From Hyalangium minutum (GTDB lineage Bacteria; Myxococcota; Myxococcia; Myxococcales; Myxococcaceae): DNA of 248,000 bases. Location: the NCBI RefSeq assembly GCF_000737315.1, contig NZ_JMCB01000003.1, forward strand, positions 20,001-268,000. Direction: 5' to 3'. Position 1 is the stretch's first letter; each line of letters opens with the position of its first letter. Shown piece after piece: positions 11,884 through 21,364 of the stretch. The position numbers and the translations under genes are program-made. The notes beneath the pieces are model-generated. The model was not told the DNA's origin. It saw only the letters and a program-made list of their open reading frames with translations, and did no database searches.

Positions 11884-13857
11884 ATGAGCCTCCTCATCGC
11901 CCAGGATGTCTGCCTCTCCTACGGGAAGAAGGTCCTCTTCGACGACGCCAGCTTCACGATCGGCCCCCGGGATCGGGTAGGCCTGGTGGGAGCGAACGGG
12001 ACGGGCAAGAGCTCGTTGATGAAGATCATCGCGGGCGCGCAGCACGCGGACTCGGGAACGCTGACGTTCGCCCGAGGGACGCGCATCGGCTACCTGCCGC
12101 AGGAACTGGCGGGGCTTCCCTCCGGGACGGTGGTGGAGGCGGTGCTGAGCACCGTGCCGGGCCGCGACTCGCTGGAGGCCCGGCTGAAGAGCACCGAGAA
12201 GGCGCTCGCTGAGGCCCCGGACGAGGAGACCCAGCTGGAGCTGTCCCAGGAACTGGCGGACCTGCACGCGGAGCTGGATCACTTCGAGGACCACTACGGC
12301 CGGCACCACGCCGAGCGGATCCTCAAGGGCCTGGGCTTCCGGGACGCGGACTTGGCCAAGCCCACGGGGGCGCTGTCGGGCGGGTGGCGGATGCGCGCGG
12401 CGCTGGCGGGGTTGCTGCTCCAGGATCCGGACCTGCTGCTGCTGGACGAGCCCACCAACCACCTGGATGTGCCCACGCTGACGTGGTTCGACGGCTTCCT
12501 GAAGCGGTCGAACAAGGCGCTGATCCTCATTTCGCACGATCGGGACTTCCTGAATCGGCAGGTGGGGAGGGTGCTGGCGCTGGAGATCGAGGGCCTGCGC
12601 ACGTACGTGGGCAACTACGACGCCTACAAGCGCCAGCGGGCCGAGGAGATGGAGCTGCTGCGGGCTCGGGCGGCGAAGGTGGAGGCTCGGCGGGCGGAGC
12701 TGCAGGCGTTCATCGATCGGTTCGGCGCGAAGGCGAGCAAGGCCACGCAGGCGCAGAGCCGCGCGAAGATGCTGGCGAAGCTGGAGGAGGTGCACCTGCT
12801 GGAGGAGCGCGACACGGTGCACTTCCGGTTCCCGGAGGTGGAGCGCTCGGGGCGGGACGTGGCGATGCTGGAGGGGATCCAGAAGAGCTACGGCAGCCAC
12901 GTGGTGTACTCGGGGCTGGACGCGCGGGTGGAGCGGGGGCAGCGGATCGCGGTGATTGGCGCGAACGGCGCCGGTAAGACGACGCTGCTGAAGATCATGG
13001 CGGGGGAGCTGGTGCCGGACGGGGGCCAGGTGAAGCTGGGACACAACGTGGTGATGGGGTACTACGCGCAGCACCACGCGGACACGCTGGACAAGCGGAA
13101 CACCATCATTGAAGAGGTGCGGCCGCTGGCGGCGGACAAGCCGGAGAGCTTCGTGCGCGGGGTCCTGGGAGCGTTCCTGTTCTCGGGCGATGACGTGGAC
13201 AAGCCGATTGGCGTGCTGTCCGGAGGCGAGCGGGCGCGCGTGGCGCTGGCGAAGCTGTTGCTGCGGCCGTCGAACTTCCTGCTGATGGACGAGCCGACGA
13301 ACCACCTGGACCTGGACTCGACGGAGATGCTGATCGATGCGCTGTCGAAGTACGGGGGGACGCTGGTGTTCGTGTCGCACAACCGGGCGTTCGTGAACCG
13401 GCTGGCGAGCCAGGTGTGGGACGTGGTGGAGGGGAAGGTGGTGCCGCACACGGGGAACCTGGACGAGTACCTGTACCACCAGGAGCAGGTGCGGCTGGCG
13501 GCGGAGGCTGCGGCGGAGGCCGGGGAGAAGGGGAAGGGGACGGAGAAGGCGGCTCCGGTGGCGCTGACGGAGAAGGACCGCAAGCGGATGGAGGCGGAGG
13601 CGCGCCAGCGCCGGAGCGTGGTGGAGGGGCCGATCAAGAAGGAGATCGCCCGGATCGAGGAGCGGATCTCGAAGCTGGAGGCGGAGCAGAAGGAGCGCGA
13701 GGCGCAGCTGGCGGATCCGGCGCTCTACAACGACTTCGCGCGGGCCAAGCCGCTGATGGACACCCACCGGGCGGGCAAGGAGGCGCTGGAGACGCTCTAT
13801 ATGGAGTGGGAGGTGGCGCAGGAGAAGCTGGCCGCGGCCTCCGCGTCCCTGGGATGA
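11884..13857 (+). CDS. ABC-F family ATP-binding protein
   Basis: Two ABC cassettes (GANGTGKS/LSGGW; GANGAGKT/LSGGE), DEPTNHLD twice, no TM segments. Confidence 0.95.
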   Translation: MSLLIAQDVCLSYGKKVLFDDASFTIGPRDRVGLVGANGTGKSSLMKIIAGAQHADSGTLTFARGTRIGYLPQELAGLPSGTVVEAVLSTVPGRDSLEARLKSTEKALAEAPDEETQLELSQELADLHAELDHFEDHYGRHHAERILKGLGFRDADLAKPTGALSGGWRMRAALAGLLLQDPDLLLLDEPTNHLDVPTLTWFDGFLKRSNKALILISHDRDFLNRQVGRVLALEIEGLRTYVGNYDAYKRQRAEEMELLRARAAKVEARRAELQAFIDRFGAKASKATQAQSRAKMLAKLEEVHLLEERDTVHFRFPEVERSGRDVAMLEGIQKSYGSHVVYSGLDARVERGQRIAVIGANGAGKTTLLKIMAGELVPDGGQVKLGHNVVMGYYAQHHADTLDKRNTIIEEVRPLAADKPESFVRGVLGAFLFSGDDVDKPIGVLSGGERARVALAKLLLRPSNFLLMDEPTNHLDLDSTEMLIDALSKYGGTLVFVSHNRAFVNRLASQVWDVVEGKVVPHTGNLDEYLYHQEQVRLAAEAAAEAGEKGKGTEKAAPVALTEKDRKRMEAEARQRRSVVEGPIKKEIARIEERISKLEAEQKEREAQLADPALYNDFARAKPLMDTHRAGKEALETLYMEWEVAQEKLAAASASLG

Positions 13858-13878
13858 AGTGCTGACAGGCCCGCGCCC

Positions 13879-14361
13879 ATGAGCCTTCCTCCCGCAGCCG
13901 TCCCCGTCTCTGTCTCCAAGCGGATGGCCGTCGAGTTCATTGGGACGGCGCTGCTGCTGGCGACGATCGTGGGGTCCCGCCTCGTGGGGGAGCGGCTCTC
14001 GGGCGGCATGGTGGGCATCACGTACCTGGTGAACACCCTGGCGACCGCCTCGGTGATCGGCATGCCCGTCTTCTCCTGGCCCAACCCACCGAGAGCCACG
14101 CTCACGGAGATCACCGGTGAACTCCTGGAACGGCATGCCGTCGTTCCGCTCCCAGAGGCGCTGGACGATGCCGATCTGTTCATCACGCTGGGCTCTGCGC
14201 GCGACTGGCAGGCGCTGGTTGACGTCGTCCATGTCCATTGGGAGCTCCCGGCGTTGGCGGGGCTTGAGTCGGCGCGGTCTCATCAGGTGGTGGAGGAAGT
14301 CCGGGTGCGCGTGAAGCAGTTGCTGAGGGAGCTGGGGGTGGAGCGGCTGCGCGGCGTATAG
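13879..14361 (+). pseudogene. Chimeric remnant: MIP/aquaporin N-terminus fused to LMW-PTP/ArsC-like C-terminus
   Basis: AVEFIGTALLLATIVGS..GERLSGG..NTLAT followed by ADLFITLG..HWELP..EVRVRVKQLL. Confidence 0.55.
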
Positions 14362-14432
14362 AGGCGTACACGCAGTCCGCGAACGGGGGTGGCCCCATTG
14401 AGCGAGCCGCCAATCGGTGCGATAGCAAGCGG

Positions 14433-15113
14433 ATGCTCTCGCACTTCGAGATGTTGGGACGGATCGCGGCGGGTGCGCTCCTGGGAGGCGCCATCGGGTA
14501 TGAGCGGGACCGGCATCGGCGGCCGGTAGGGCTGCGCACGCACCTGCTCGTGTCGATGACCTCGGCGACCTTCATGGTCGTCTCCTCCCAGTTCGCTTAT
14601 TTCCAGGGCTTCGAGCCTGGAGGCGGGGTGGAGGTTGACGCGTCCCGCATCGCGGCCTCGGTGGTGTCGGGCATCGGCTTCCTGGCGGGAGGTGCCATCC
14701 TGCGCACGGGGGCGACGGTGCAGGGGCTGACCACGGCTGCGGGATTGTGGCTGGTGACGGCGATCGGGCTGTCGGCGGGCTCGGGGATGTACTGGGAGGC
14801 CAGCTTCGTGACGGTGCTGGGGCTGATCGCGCTCACGTTCCTTCGCCGCTTCGAGGACAAGGACGATGCCCTGGTGCGGCGTCGGCTTGCCCTGGTGGTC
14901 TCGCCAGGGACGGGGATCCATCAAGTCACGGCGCTACTTCAGGGCCTCGATGTGCGCGTGTTGGACATCGAGTACGAGCGCCATTTCTCGGGGGAGCGGC
15001 ACACCACGGTGACTCTGGACGCGCAGATTCCGGCCTCGGTCACACCGGACAAGCTGGTCGAGGGGCTGGAGCAGGCCGAGGGCATCATCTCCATTCATGT
15101 CCGCGGTGCGTGA
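14433..15113 (+). CDS. MgtC/SapB family protein
   Basis: IGYERD, GLRTH, RIAASVVSGIGFLAGGAI, GLTTAAGLW. Confidence 0.92.
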   Translation: MLSHFEMLGRIAAGALLGGAIGYERDRHRRPVGLRTHLLVSMTSATFMVVSSQFAYFQGFEPGGGVEVDASRIAASVVSGIGFLAGGAILRTGATVQGLTTAAGLWLVTAIGLSAGSGMYWEASFVTVLGLIALTFLRRFEDKDDALVRRRLALVVSPGTGIHQVTALLQGLDVRVLDIEYERHFSGERHTTVTLDAQIPASVTPDKLVEGLEQAEGIISIHVRGA

Positions 15114-15149
15114 CGGACAGGCTCACAAGTCCCCGGATAGCAGCCTCAC

Positions 15150-15908
15150 TCAGCCCGGAGTCACGCGCCCGCCAATCTCCGGGAAGCGCTCATACGCGCG
15201 CAAGAGCGCCTCCAGGTGCGCGGGGTTGTCGAGGTCGAGCGGCGTCTCCGTAAGCCGAACGACCCACCCGCCCGTTGCAGTGCGCCGCGCCCGAGAGAGC
15301 AAATCCGCATCGCGGGCAGGGTCGGGGAACCCGATGGCTTGTGCAGCGGCTGCCGACCAGTAGTTCAGCCACCCGAGGTGATGAGGAATCGCTGGCAAGC
15401 GAATGTGCTGGGGGAGGTTGAGCGCTGGGAGCCTCCGGGGCGGGACATGCGGCTGATCCATCGAGTGGCGAATTTGTTTCGCCATCTCCGGCGCCACGCC
15501 GTCCGGCAACATGCGCCCCCAGAACGCGCGTGCGCCTTCCGCCACGCCTTCCAGCACATCCGCCGCCGCTGCGATGCTGGCCGCATCCAGCGGCAGCTCT
15601 GCGTGGACTTCAAATTGGGACTGGCCGCCCGCGCTGAGGCGCGCAGGTCTTCCCCACCCCGTCACCGTCACGGGGTAGCTCTCGTCGCCGTTGCACAGCA
15701 GAGGGAGCTTCCCGCGCGCGCTCGCCTCAGCGAGCCACCCATCGCGTTGCGGCAACGCGATGGGTCGCCCCGCCTTTGACAGCTCCCATTCCAAGCGCAC
15801 ACCGGGGAGCGCCCGTTCGATTCCGTGGACGACTGCGAGCGTGCGACCGTCGTCGCCCACAAGCGCAGGCGCGTAGACGATGAGGATCAGGGTTCTCTGC
15901 TGGGTCAT
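15150..15908 (-). CDS. Putative immunity protein (DUF5953-like)
   Basis: LGWLNYWSAAAAQAIGFPDPARDADLLSRARRTATGGW; ATGA overlap with the upstream lipoprotein. Confidence 0.75.
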   Translation of the reverse strand: MTQQRTLILIVYAPALVGDDGRTLAVVHGIERALPGVRLEWELSKAGRPIALPQRDGWLAEASARGKLPLLCNGDESYPVTVTGWGRPARLSAGGQSQFEVHAELPLDAASIAAAADVLEGVAEGARAFWGRMLPDGVAPEMAKQIRHSMDQPHVPPRRLPALNLPQHIRLPAIPHHLGWLNYWSAAAAQAIGFPDPARDADLLSRARRTATGGWVVRLTETPLDLDNPAHLEALLRAYERFPEIGGRVTPG

Positions 15909-16618
15909 CGCTTGCACCCCGTGACGACAATGTTGAGGGTGAAATCCCGCTCGAGCAACGCGTTCTTGTGCTCTTGGGTGCTCACCCCAACGACAAAGCC
16001 ATAGCCACATGCCTCCGCTTTGTCTCGCTCTTCCTGCAACAACGGCACTTGCTCCAGAATCGTCTGCCGCCGGATGAAGGCGTTGTACGTGTCAAATCGA
16101 TGGGTCTTGATCTCCCACAGCACACGCACGCCGACTTGCAGCGCATCAAAGCGCTTGCCGTCAACGAGTACGTCATTGCCGGGGTAGCGGTTCGGCGGGA
16201 ACTGATCGGCGCACTGGTTATGCGGGTCATCTTCGCCCGCGTGCGGCACTGGGATGGGCTCGCACTCTGGGCGGCGGCGCTCCGCCGTCACCGGGGCAGG
16301 CGGGTCCCTCCTGTTCGCACTGGACCTCTTTGGTGTGGCGTTCGCCTCCGGTTCCTGCGAGGCCCGAGGCGCGTCTCCGGCCCAAAGTCCCGGCTCCCGG
16401 GTGGGCGGCAACACGCGTTTGTGCGGGCTCGGTGGCAGGGGCTGGGGGCGAACCTGCCCTGGCTGCCCGGGGGTGGGCAGGCCCGTGCCGGGCACGGCGG
16501 GTGGGCGCACAGGCGCCCAAGCGTAGGTCTCAGGCGCCTCTTGAGAGGTGGCGCACCCAGCGACGACGACGGCAACGGCAATGGCTTGGCGGAGTGGGCT
16601 GCAAGTTCGGAAGCTCAT
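15905..16618 (-). CDS. Lipoprotein with DUF6310-like (nuclease-type) toxin domain
   Basis: Lipobox VAGC; GKRFDALQ..LWEIKT (PD-(D/E)xK-like). Confidence 0.7.
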   Translation of the reverse strand: MSFRTCSPLRQAIAVAVVVAGCATSQEAPETYAWAPVRPPAVPGTGLPTPGQPGQVRPQPLPPSPHKRVLPPTREPGLWAGDAPRASQEPEANATPKRSSANRRDPPAPVTAERRRPECEPIPVPHAGEDDPHNQCADQFPPNRYPGNDVLVDGKRFDALQVGVRVLWEIKTHRFDTYNAFIRRQTILEQVPLLQEERDKAEACGYGFVVGVSTQEHKNALLERDFTLNIVVTGCKR

Positions 16619-16659
16619 TCCACGTTCTTTTATCGAAGAGGGGCGGTGCGGGAACGAGG

Positions 16660-18129
16660 TCAGGGTTCTCCGGACGTGGGTGAACGTGGCGCATCGAACG
16701 TCGCGCGGATGCACTTGCCGTCGTACTCGTAAGCACCCGCACCGCAGGGCGGGTCCTTCTTCGAGATGAACCAGCAGGCCCCCAGGGCCTCGAGTTCATA
16801 GTCAGTATCGCAGGGCGGCTTCTTCTGCCCCGGCTGCGGAGCTTTGGGCATCGGAAGCCCCACCACGGAAGTCGCAGAAAGCACTGGAGGCGCTTGCACC
16901 ACCGACAAGAGGGCCTCCTCCCCCACGCCCGCGTCCGGTGCATCCATCGGCGGCACGTGATGCTCCTCCGTAATGGGAAGAGGCACAGGCTCCGGTGAGT
17001 TTCCGCCATGCCGGAACTCCGTCACTGCGAACACCAAGAGCCCGCCTGCCACGCTCGCAGTGGCCCATGAGAGCCAGAGCGGAAAGGTGTTGCGGAGGGC
17101 AGGGCGTTCGCGCTCCGTCGAGGGCCGTGCACTGCCCCTCTTTCTGGAGTGATTCGAAGGCGTGAGCTTGCGAGGAACCTCGTGCTCCGTGGGGACGGCT
17201 GCCGAAGTCTGGACAATGAGGGCATCCACCCGCCGGTCTGTTTGGTTTGCGGCCCGTTCCAGCGCCCGGACGATCTGCGCAGTGGTGCCGCGGTCCCGCG
17301 GATCCTCCGCCAGCAGGCGGAGAATGGTGCCCTCCAACTCCGGCGCGACTGCCGCGAACTCGCTGGGGCGCAGCAGCTTGCGTGGCTCCTCGGCGCGAGT
17401 CTCGGAGACAGGAGGAGGATAGCTTCCGGTCACCAGCCGGTACGCCGTCACCCCCAAGGCATACAGGTCATCTGAAGGGCGCGCTTCCCACCGGGCCTCG
17501 AGATCCTTGCGGTACTTCCACATGAAGCGCAGCAGTTCAGGCGCGCGGTAGGGCGTGGTGCCCGGCGGCACGAGGGTGTCGGTGAGGGCCCGAGCCTCCG
17601 GGAACCACGCTGCGCCGAAGTCAAGCAGCACCGCCCGCCCCTCTGGGGTGACGCGGATGTTGTCGCCTTTGACATCCCGGTGGATCACCCCTCGGGCATG
17701 CAGGGCCTCCAGGGCGCGGGCCACCGGCGCCAGCACCCGCAGCACCTCCCGGTTGGAGCGCGGCTTCTGGCGGAACCACTCGTAGAGGGTGGTGCCATCC
17801 ACCCACTCCATCACGATAAACGGGTAGCTATGGCCATCCGGTGAGGTCCAGCTCCCGAGCTCGTAGAAGCGCGGAACACTGGGGTGCTGAATCAGCTGGA
17901 GGATGTGCGCCTCTCGCTCGAAGCGCGGGTCGTCTGCCTGTTTGGCCACCTTCAGGGCCACGGGAGGAGCCGAGGGATCATCGGCTCGCCGGGCCCGGAA
18001 CACCACGCCATAGCTCCCGGAGTCGACGCGCTGCAGGAGGAGCCACGGGCCCAGGGTCGAACCCGCCGCCAGCACCTGGGACTTCACGAGGCCCACCACG
18101 TCATCACTCAAGAGAACTCCTCCAGCCAA
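16660..18129 (-). CDS. Ser/Thr protein kinase with C-terminal Cys-rich module
   Basis: GSYGVV, VALK, HRDVKGDN, DFG; C-terminal PGQKKPPC..GACW..PPC..YEYDGKC. Confidence 0.9.
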   Translation of the reverse strand: MAGGVLLSDDVVGLVKSQVLAAGSTLGPWLLLQRVDSGSYGVVFRARRADDPSAPPVALKVAKQADDPRFEREAHILQLIQHPSVPRFYELGSWTSPDGHSYPFIVMEWVDGTTLYEWFRQKPRSNREVLRVLAPVARALEALHARGVIHRDVKGDNIRVTPEGRAVLLDFGAAWFPEARALTDTLVPPGTTPYRAPELLRFMWKYRKDLEARWEARPSDDLYALGVTAYRLVTGSYPPPVSETRAEEPRKLLRPSEFAAVAPELEGTILRLLAEDPRDRGTTAQIVRALERAANQTDRRVDALIVQTSAAVPTEHEVPRKLTPSNHSRKRGSARPSTERERPALRNTFPLWLSWATASVAGGLLVFAVTEFRHGGNSPEPVPLPITEEHHVPPMDAPDAGVGEEALLSVVQAPPVLSATSVVGLPMPKAPQPGQKKPPCDTDYELEALGACWFISKKDPPCGAGAYEYDGKCIRATFDAPRSPTSGEP

Positions 18130-18266
18130 GGCAGAGCGCCGGAAGGAAACCTACCGCATGGGTCTTATGACATAAACCCACTCTGTTGGGTTGAGGCAGG
18201 AGGAGGACTCCGTCGGTCCTTCACTCCGGTGAAGGCGCCTCGCAGGGCTGGTAGGCTGGGGCCGAC

Positions 18267-18623
18267 ATGTCCACGGACTCCGCCACCCAGCCTGCCGAGC
18301 TCACCCCCCGCCAGACGTTCGCCGGCGTCGTTCAACACTCCGCCAGCTTCGTGGCCATCATCGGCATCAGCGTGCTCTTCCTCCCGTGGTTCTCGGGAGT
18401 CTGGGCCCTCGGCGCGAGGATCGGCTTCTGGGGGTCGGTGGCCCTCACCGTGCTCGAATGCATCCACGTCGGCGTGTCAGCCCTCGCGACCGTTACGCTC
18501 AACGCCGCCGGCAAGCCGCGGCCGGGCGAGAGATGGATGGTGGCCTCCAACGCCGTGCAGATCGCAGGAGCGGCCGCAGGCATCGCCCTGGTCCTCTTCC
18601 TGCGCTCCAAGCTCTGGAGCTGA
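18267..18623 (+). CDS. Small membrane protein
   Basis: 118 aa with about three hydrophobic segments. Confidence 0.55.
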   Translation: MSTDSATQPAELTPRQTFAGVVQHSASFVAIIGISVLFLPWFSGVWALGARIGFWGSVALTVLECIHVGVSALATVTLNAAGKPRPGERWMVASNAVQIAGAAAGIALVLFLRSKLWS

Positions 18624-18631
18624 GAGCGCCC

Positions 18632-18928
18632 TCAACCCGTTTTGCGATGAGAGGCGCTCCGCAGGGGAGGGGACTCCGCCGCCGCCCGGGGCTCTGGCGG
18701 CTCCCGGCGCACCGGGGGCTGAGGCTCCGGCGCCGCCACCACCGACAGCGCCGGTTCCTGCGGCGGGTGGAGGAAGAAGCGCACCACGCGATCGAGGTAC
18801 TCCTCGACGGAGAGCCCTAGCTTCTTGGCGAGCTCGACGGTGTTGCCATCCACGAGCACTTTGCGCGACGGCGTCCCGGGTTTCGGGGCGGCCTGCGGAG
18901 CTTGAGGCTTCTGGGATTGCATGGGCAT
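18632..18928 (-). CDS. Hypothetical protein
   Basis: Short ORF between genes with a plausible folded core (VELAKKLGLSVEEYLDRV). Confidence 0.4.
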   Translation of the reverse strand: MPMQSQKPQAPQAAPKPGTPSRKVLVDGNTVELAKKLGLSVEEYLDRVVRFFLHPPQEPALSVVAAPEPQPPVRREPPEPRAAAESPPLRSASHRKTG

Positions 18929-19020
18929 TCCTCTGTCAGGTGATTGACATAGGAATGCAGCAAGCCATGAAGATGGGCTGTACTACTTTCGGGGTACGAC
19001 TCTGCGGCCGCCTGCTCCTT

Positions 19021-20064
19021 TCAGCTTCGATGCACGGGCAGCGTAGGAGGTATCGCCCCCGAGAGCGCTCGCATCGCCGAGGCCAGGGCTTCCACCGTGA
19101 CCGTGGACTCCGCGGCGCCCAGGCGCAGCGCCGCCTGGGGCATGTGAGGGGCGACGCAGCTCTCCGGGGGCTGCACGAACGTGAGCCCGCCCGCCCGGCG
19201 GATGGCCAGCAGCCCCGCCGCTCCATCCGAGCCCGTGCCCGTCAGCACCGCCCCCGCCGCCCGGTTGCCATGCGCCCGCGCCAGCGAGGTCAGCAGTGCG
19301 TCTCCCATCGCCAACTGCCGCCCGTGGATCAGCTCCACCTGCAGCTCCCCCGTCGGGAGCACCTGCAGCTGGTGCCCGTCCGGTGGCAGGTAGACGTGGC
19401 CCGCCTCGGGCTTCGTGCCCGTGCGCGCCACTTGCAGCTCCAGCGCCGAAGCCGCGCTCAGCCACTGGCGCAGCCCCGAGGTGAAGCCCACCGACACGTG
19501 CTGGGCGATGAAGAGCGGGTAGGGGAGGCTCGGCGGCAGCAGGGACAGCAACATCGCCAGCGCCGGAGGCCCTCCCGTGGAGGCCACCAGCCCAAAGCCG
19601 TGCACCCGCCCGCTGCGCAGCACCGGCGGCGGTGTGGGGTGGCTCAGCCGCGGCTTGCGGCTCCCCAAGGGAACCTCCGCCATGGTCCGGATCGTGTGGA
19701 TCAACTGCTGGCCGAAGCTCGTCAGGCCCTCCCGGCCCGGCGTGGGCTTGGGCATCACCTCCAGGGCTCCGGCCTGCAGCGCCTTGAAGGACAGCTCCGC
19801 GTCCACCGCCCCGGAGATGACGAGGATGCGGCTGGGCGACTCGGCCATGATGCGCTCGGTGGCGTTGATGCCATCCATCCGCGGCATCCGGACATCCAGC
19901 GTGACGACGTCTGGGCGGAGCGCCTGCGCCATCGCCACGGCTTCCTTCCCATCGTTCGCGGTGCCCACCACTCGGATGTCCGGGGCCGCCGCCAGCAGTC
20001 CGGTGAACATCCGCAGGATCGTGGGCGAGTCGTCCGCGATGAGAACCTGGACTGGCCTATTCAT
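19021..20064 (-). CDS. cheB: Chemotaxis methylesterase CheB (REC + methylesterase), copy 1
   Basis: REC (ADDS, TLDV); ASTGGP, QHV, GTGSDG. Confidence 0.9.
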   Translation of the reverse strand: MNRPVQVLIADDSPTILRMFTGLLAAAPDIRVVGTANDGKEAVAMAQALRPDVVTLDVRMPRMDGINATERIMAESPSRILVISGAVDAELSFKALQAGALEVMPKPTPGREGLTSFGQQLIHTIRTMAEVPLGSRKPRLSHPTPPPVLRSGRVHGFGLVASTGGPPALAMLLSLLPPSLPYPLFIAQHVSVGFTSGLRQWLSAASALELQVARTGTKPEAGHVYLPPDGHQLQVLPTGELQVELIHGRQLAMGDALLTSLARAHGNRAAGAVLTGTGSDGAAGLLAIRRAGGLTFVQPPESCVAPHMPQAALRLGAAESTVTVEALASAMRALSGAIPPTLPVHRS

Positions 20065-20234
20065 GAGCACCTCGGAGGGCCGTCGAGAGCGCTGCGGAGG
20101 GTGAATGAATAGCCTGGATCCACATGGGCGTCCCCCCTACCCAAGTAGAACGATGATCAGGGTCTGGCCGTCGTGACTTCCGTGGCGAAGTGTGAACCGA
20201 CCACCACTTGAGCGAGGGCACCTGCCGCCGTGTT

Positions 20235-21287
20235 TCAGTTCCGAACCGCCGGAGTCACGGGCGCCGCGCCCGTGAACGAGCGCATGGCCGCGGCCAGGGC
20301 TTCGAGCGACAGCATCTGATCCGTGGCGCCGCTGCGCAGCGCGGCCTCGGGCATTCCCGGGACGACACAGCTCTCGGGGCTCTGCGCGAAGGTCCTCCCG
20401 CCCGCCTTGCGGATGGCCAGCAGCCCTGCCGCCCCATCCGAGCCCATGCCCGTGAGCACTGCCCCCGCCGCCCGGTCCCCATAGGCCAACGCCAGCGAGG
20501 ACAACAGCGTGTCTCCGAGTGAGGCCTTGCCAACGGGGATCGGCTCGACCTGCAGATCCCCCGCGAGTGTGACTTCGAATTGGTGCCCGTCCGGCGGCAG
20601 GTACACGTAGCCGGGCTGAGGCCGCACGCCCGTCTGCGCCACCTCGAGCTGCAGCGAGGACGCCGCGCCCAGCCACTGGCACAGGCCCGCGGTGAAGCCC
20701 ACCGACACGTGCTGGGCAATGAAGATCGGATACGGCAGCTGCGGAGGCAGCAGCGACAGCAGGTGGCAGAGCGCCGGAGGTCCTCCCGTGGAGGCCACCA
20801 GCCCAAACCCTGTCACCCGCCCGCCCTGGGGCGCGGGGGCCACCGGGCTCGGAGCCTGCGCGGGGGCCAGCGCCACCTGCCGCTGGCTCACCGGCAGCTC
20901 GGCCATGGTCCGGATGATGTGGATCAGCTTCACCCCGAAGTTGGCCAGCCCTTCCAGGTTGGGGCGCGGCTTGGGCATGACCTCCAGCGCCCCGGCCTGC
21001 AGCGCCTTGAAGGACATCTCCGCATCCACCGCCCCCGAGATGACGAGGATGCGGCTGGGGGCCTCGGTCATGATGCGCGAGCTGGCCTCGATGCCATCCA
21101 TCCGCGGCATCCGCACGTCCAGGGTGATGACGTCCGGCTGCAGCGTGCGTGCCAGCTCCAGGGCCTCGGCCCCATCCTTCGCCGTGCCCACCACTTGGAT
21201 GTCGGCCGCTGACGACAGCAGCGCCGCGTACATCTTCAACATGGTGGGCGAGTCGTCAGCGATGAGGACCCGGATGGTGGAGCTCAT
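20235..21287 (-). CDS. cheB: Chemotaxis methylesterase CheB, copy 2
   Basis: REC; ASTGGP, QHV, GMGSDG. Confidence 0.9.
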   Translation of the reverse strand: MSSTIRVLIADDSPTMLKMYAALLSSAADIQVVGTAKDGAEALELARTLQPDVITLDVRMPRMDGIEASSRIMTEAPSRILVISGAVDAEMSFKALQAGALEVMPKPRPNLEGLANFGVKLIHIIRTMAELPVSQRQVALAPAQAPSPVAPAPQGGRVTGFGLVASTGGPPALCHLLSLLPPQLPYPIFIAQHVSVGFTAGLCQWLGAASSLQLEVAQTGVRPQPGYVYLPPDGHQFEVTLAGDLQVEPIPVGKASLGDTLLSSLALAYGDRAAGAVLTGMGSDGAAGLLAIRKAGGRTFAQSPESCVVPGMPEAALRSGATDQMLSLEALAAAMRSFTGAAPVTPAVRN

Positions 21288-21364
21288 GTGTGCACCTCGG
21301 AGGCAGGGGCGAGACTGCCCCAGAAACCGGATTCACGCCATGCACAGGTGAGCCCCGAAGCCCG

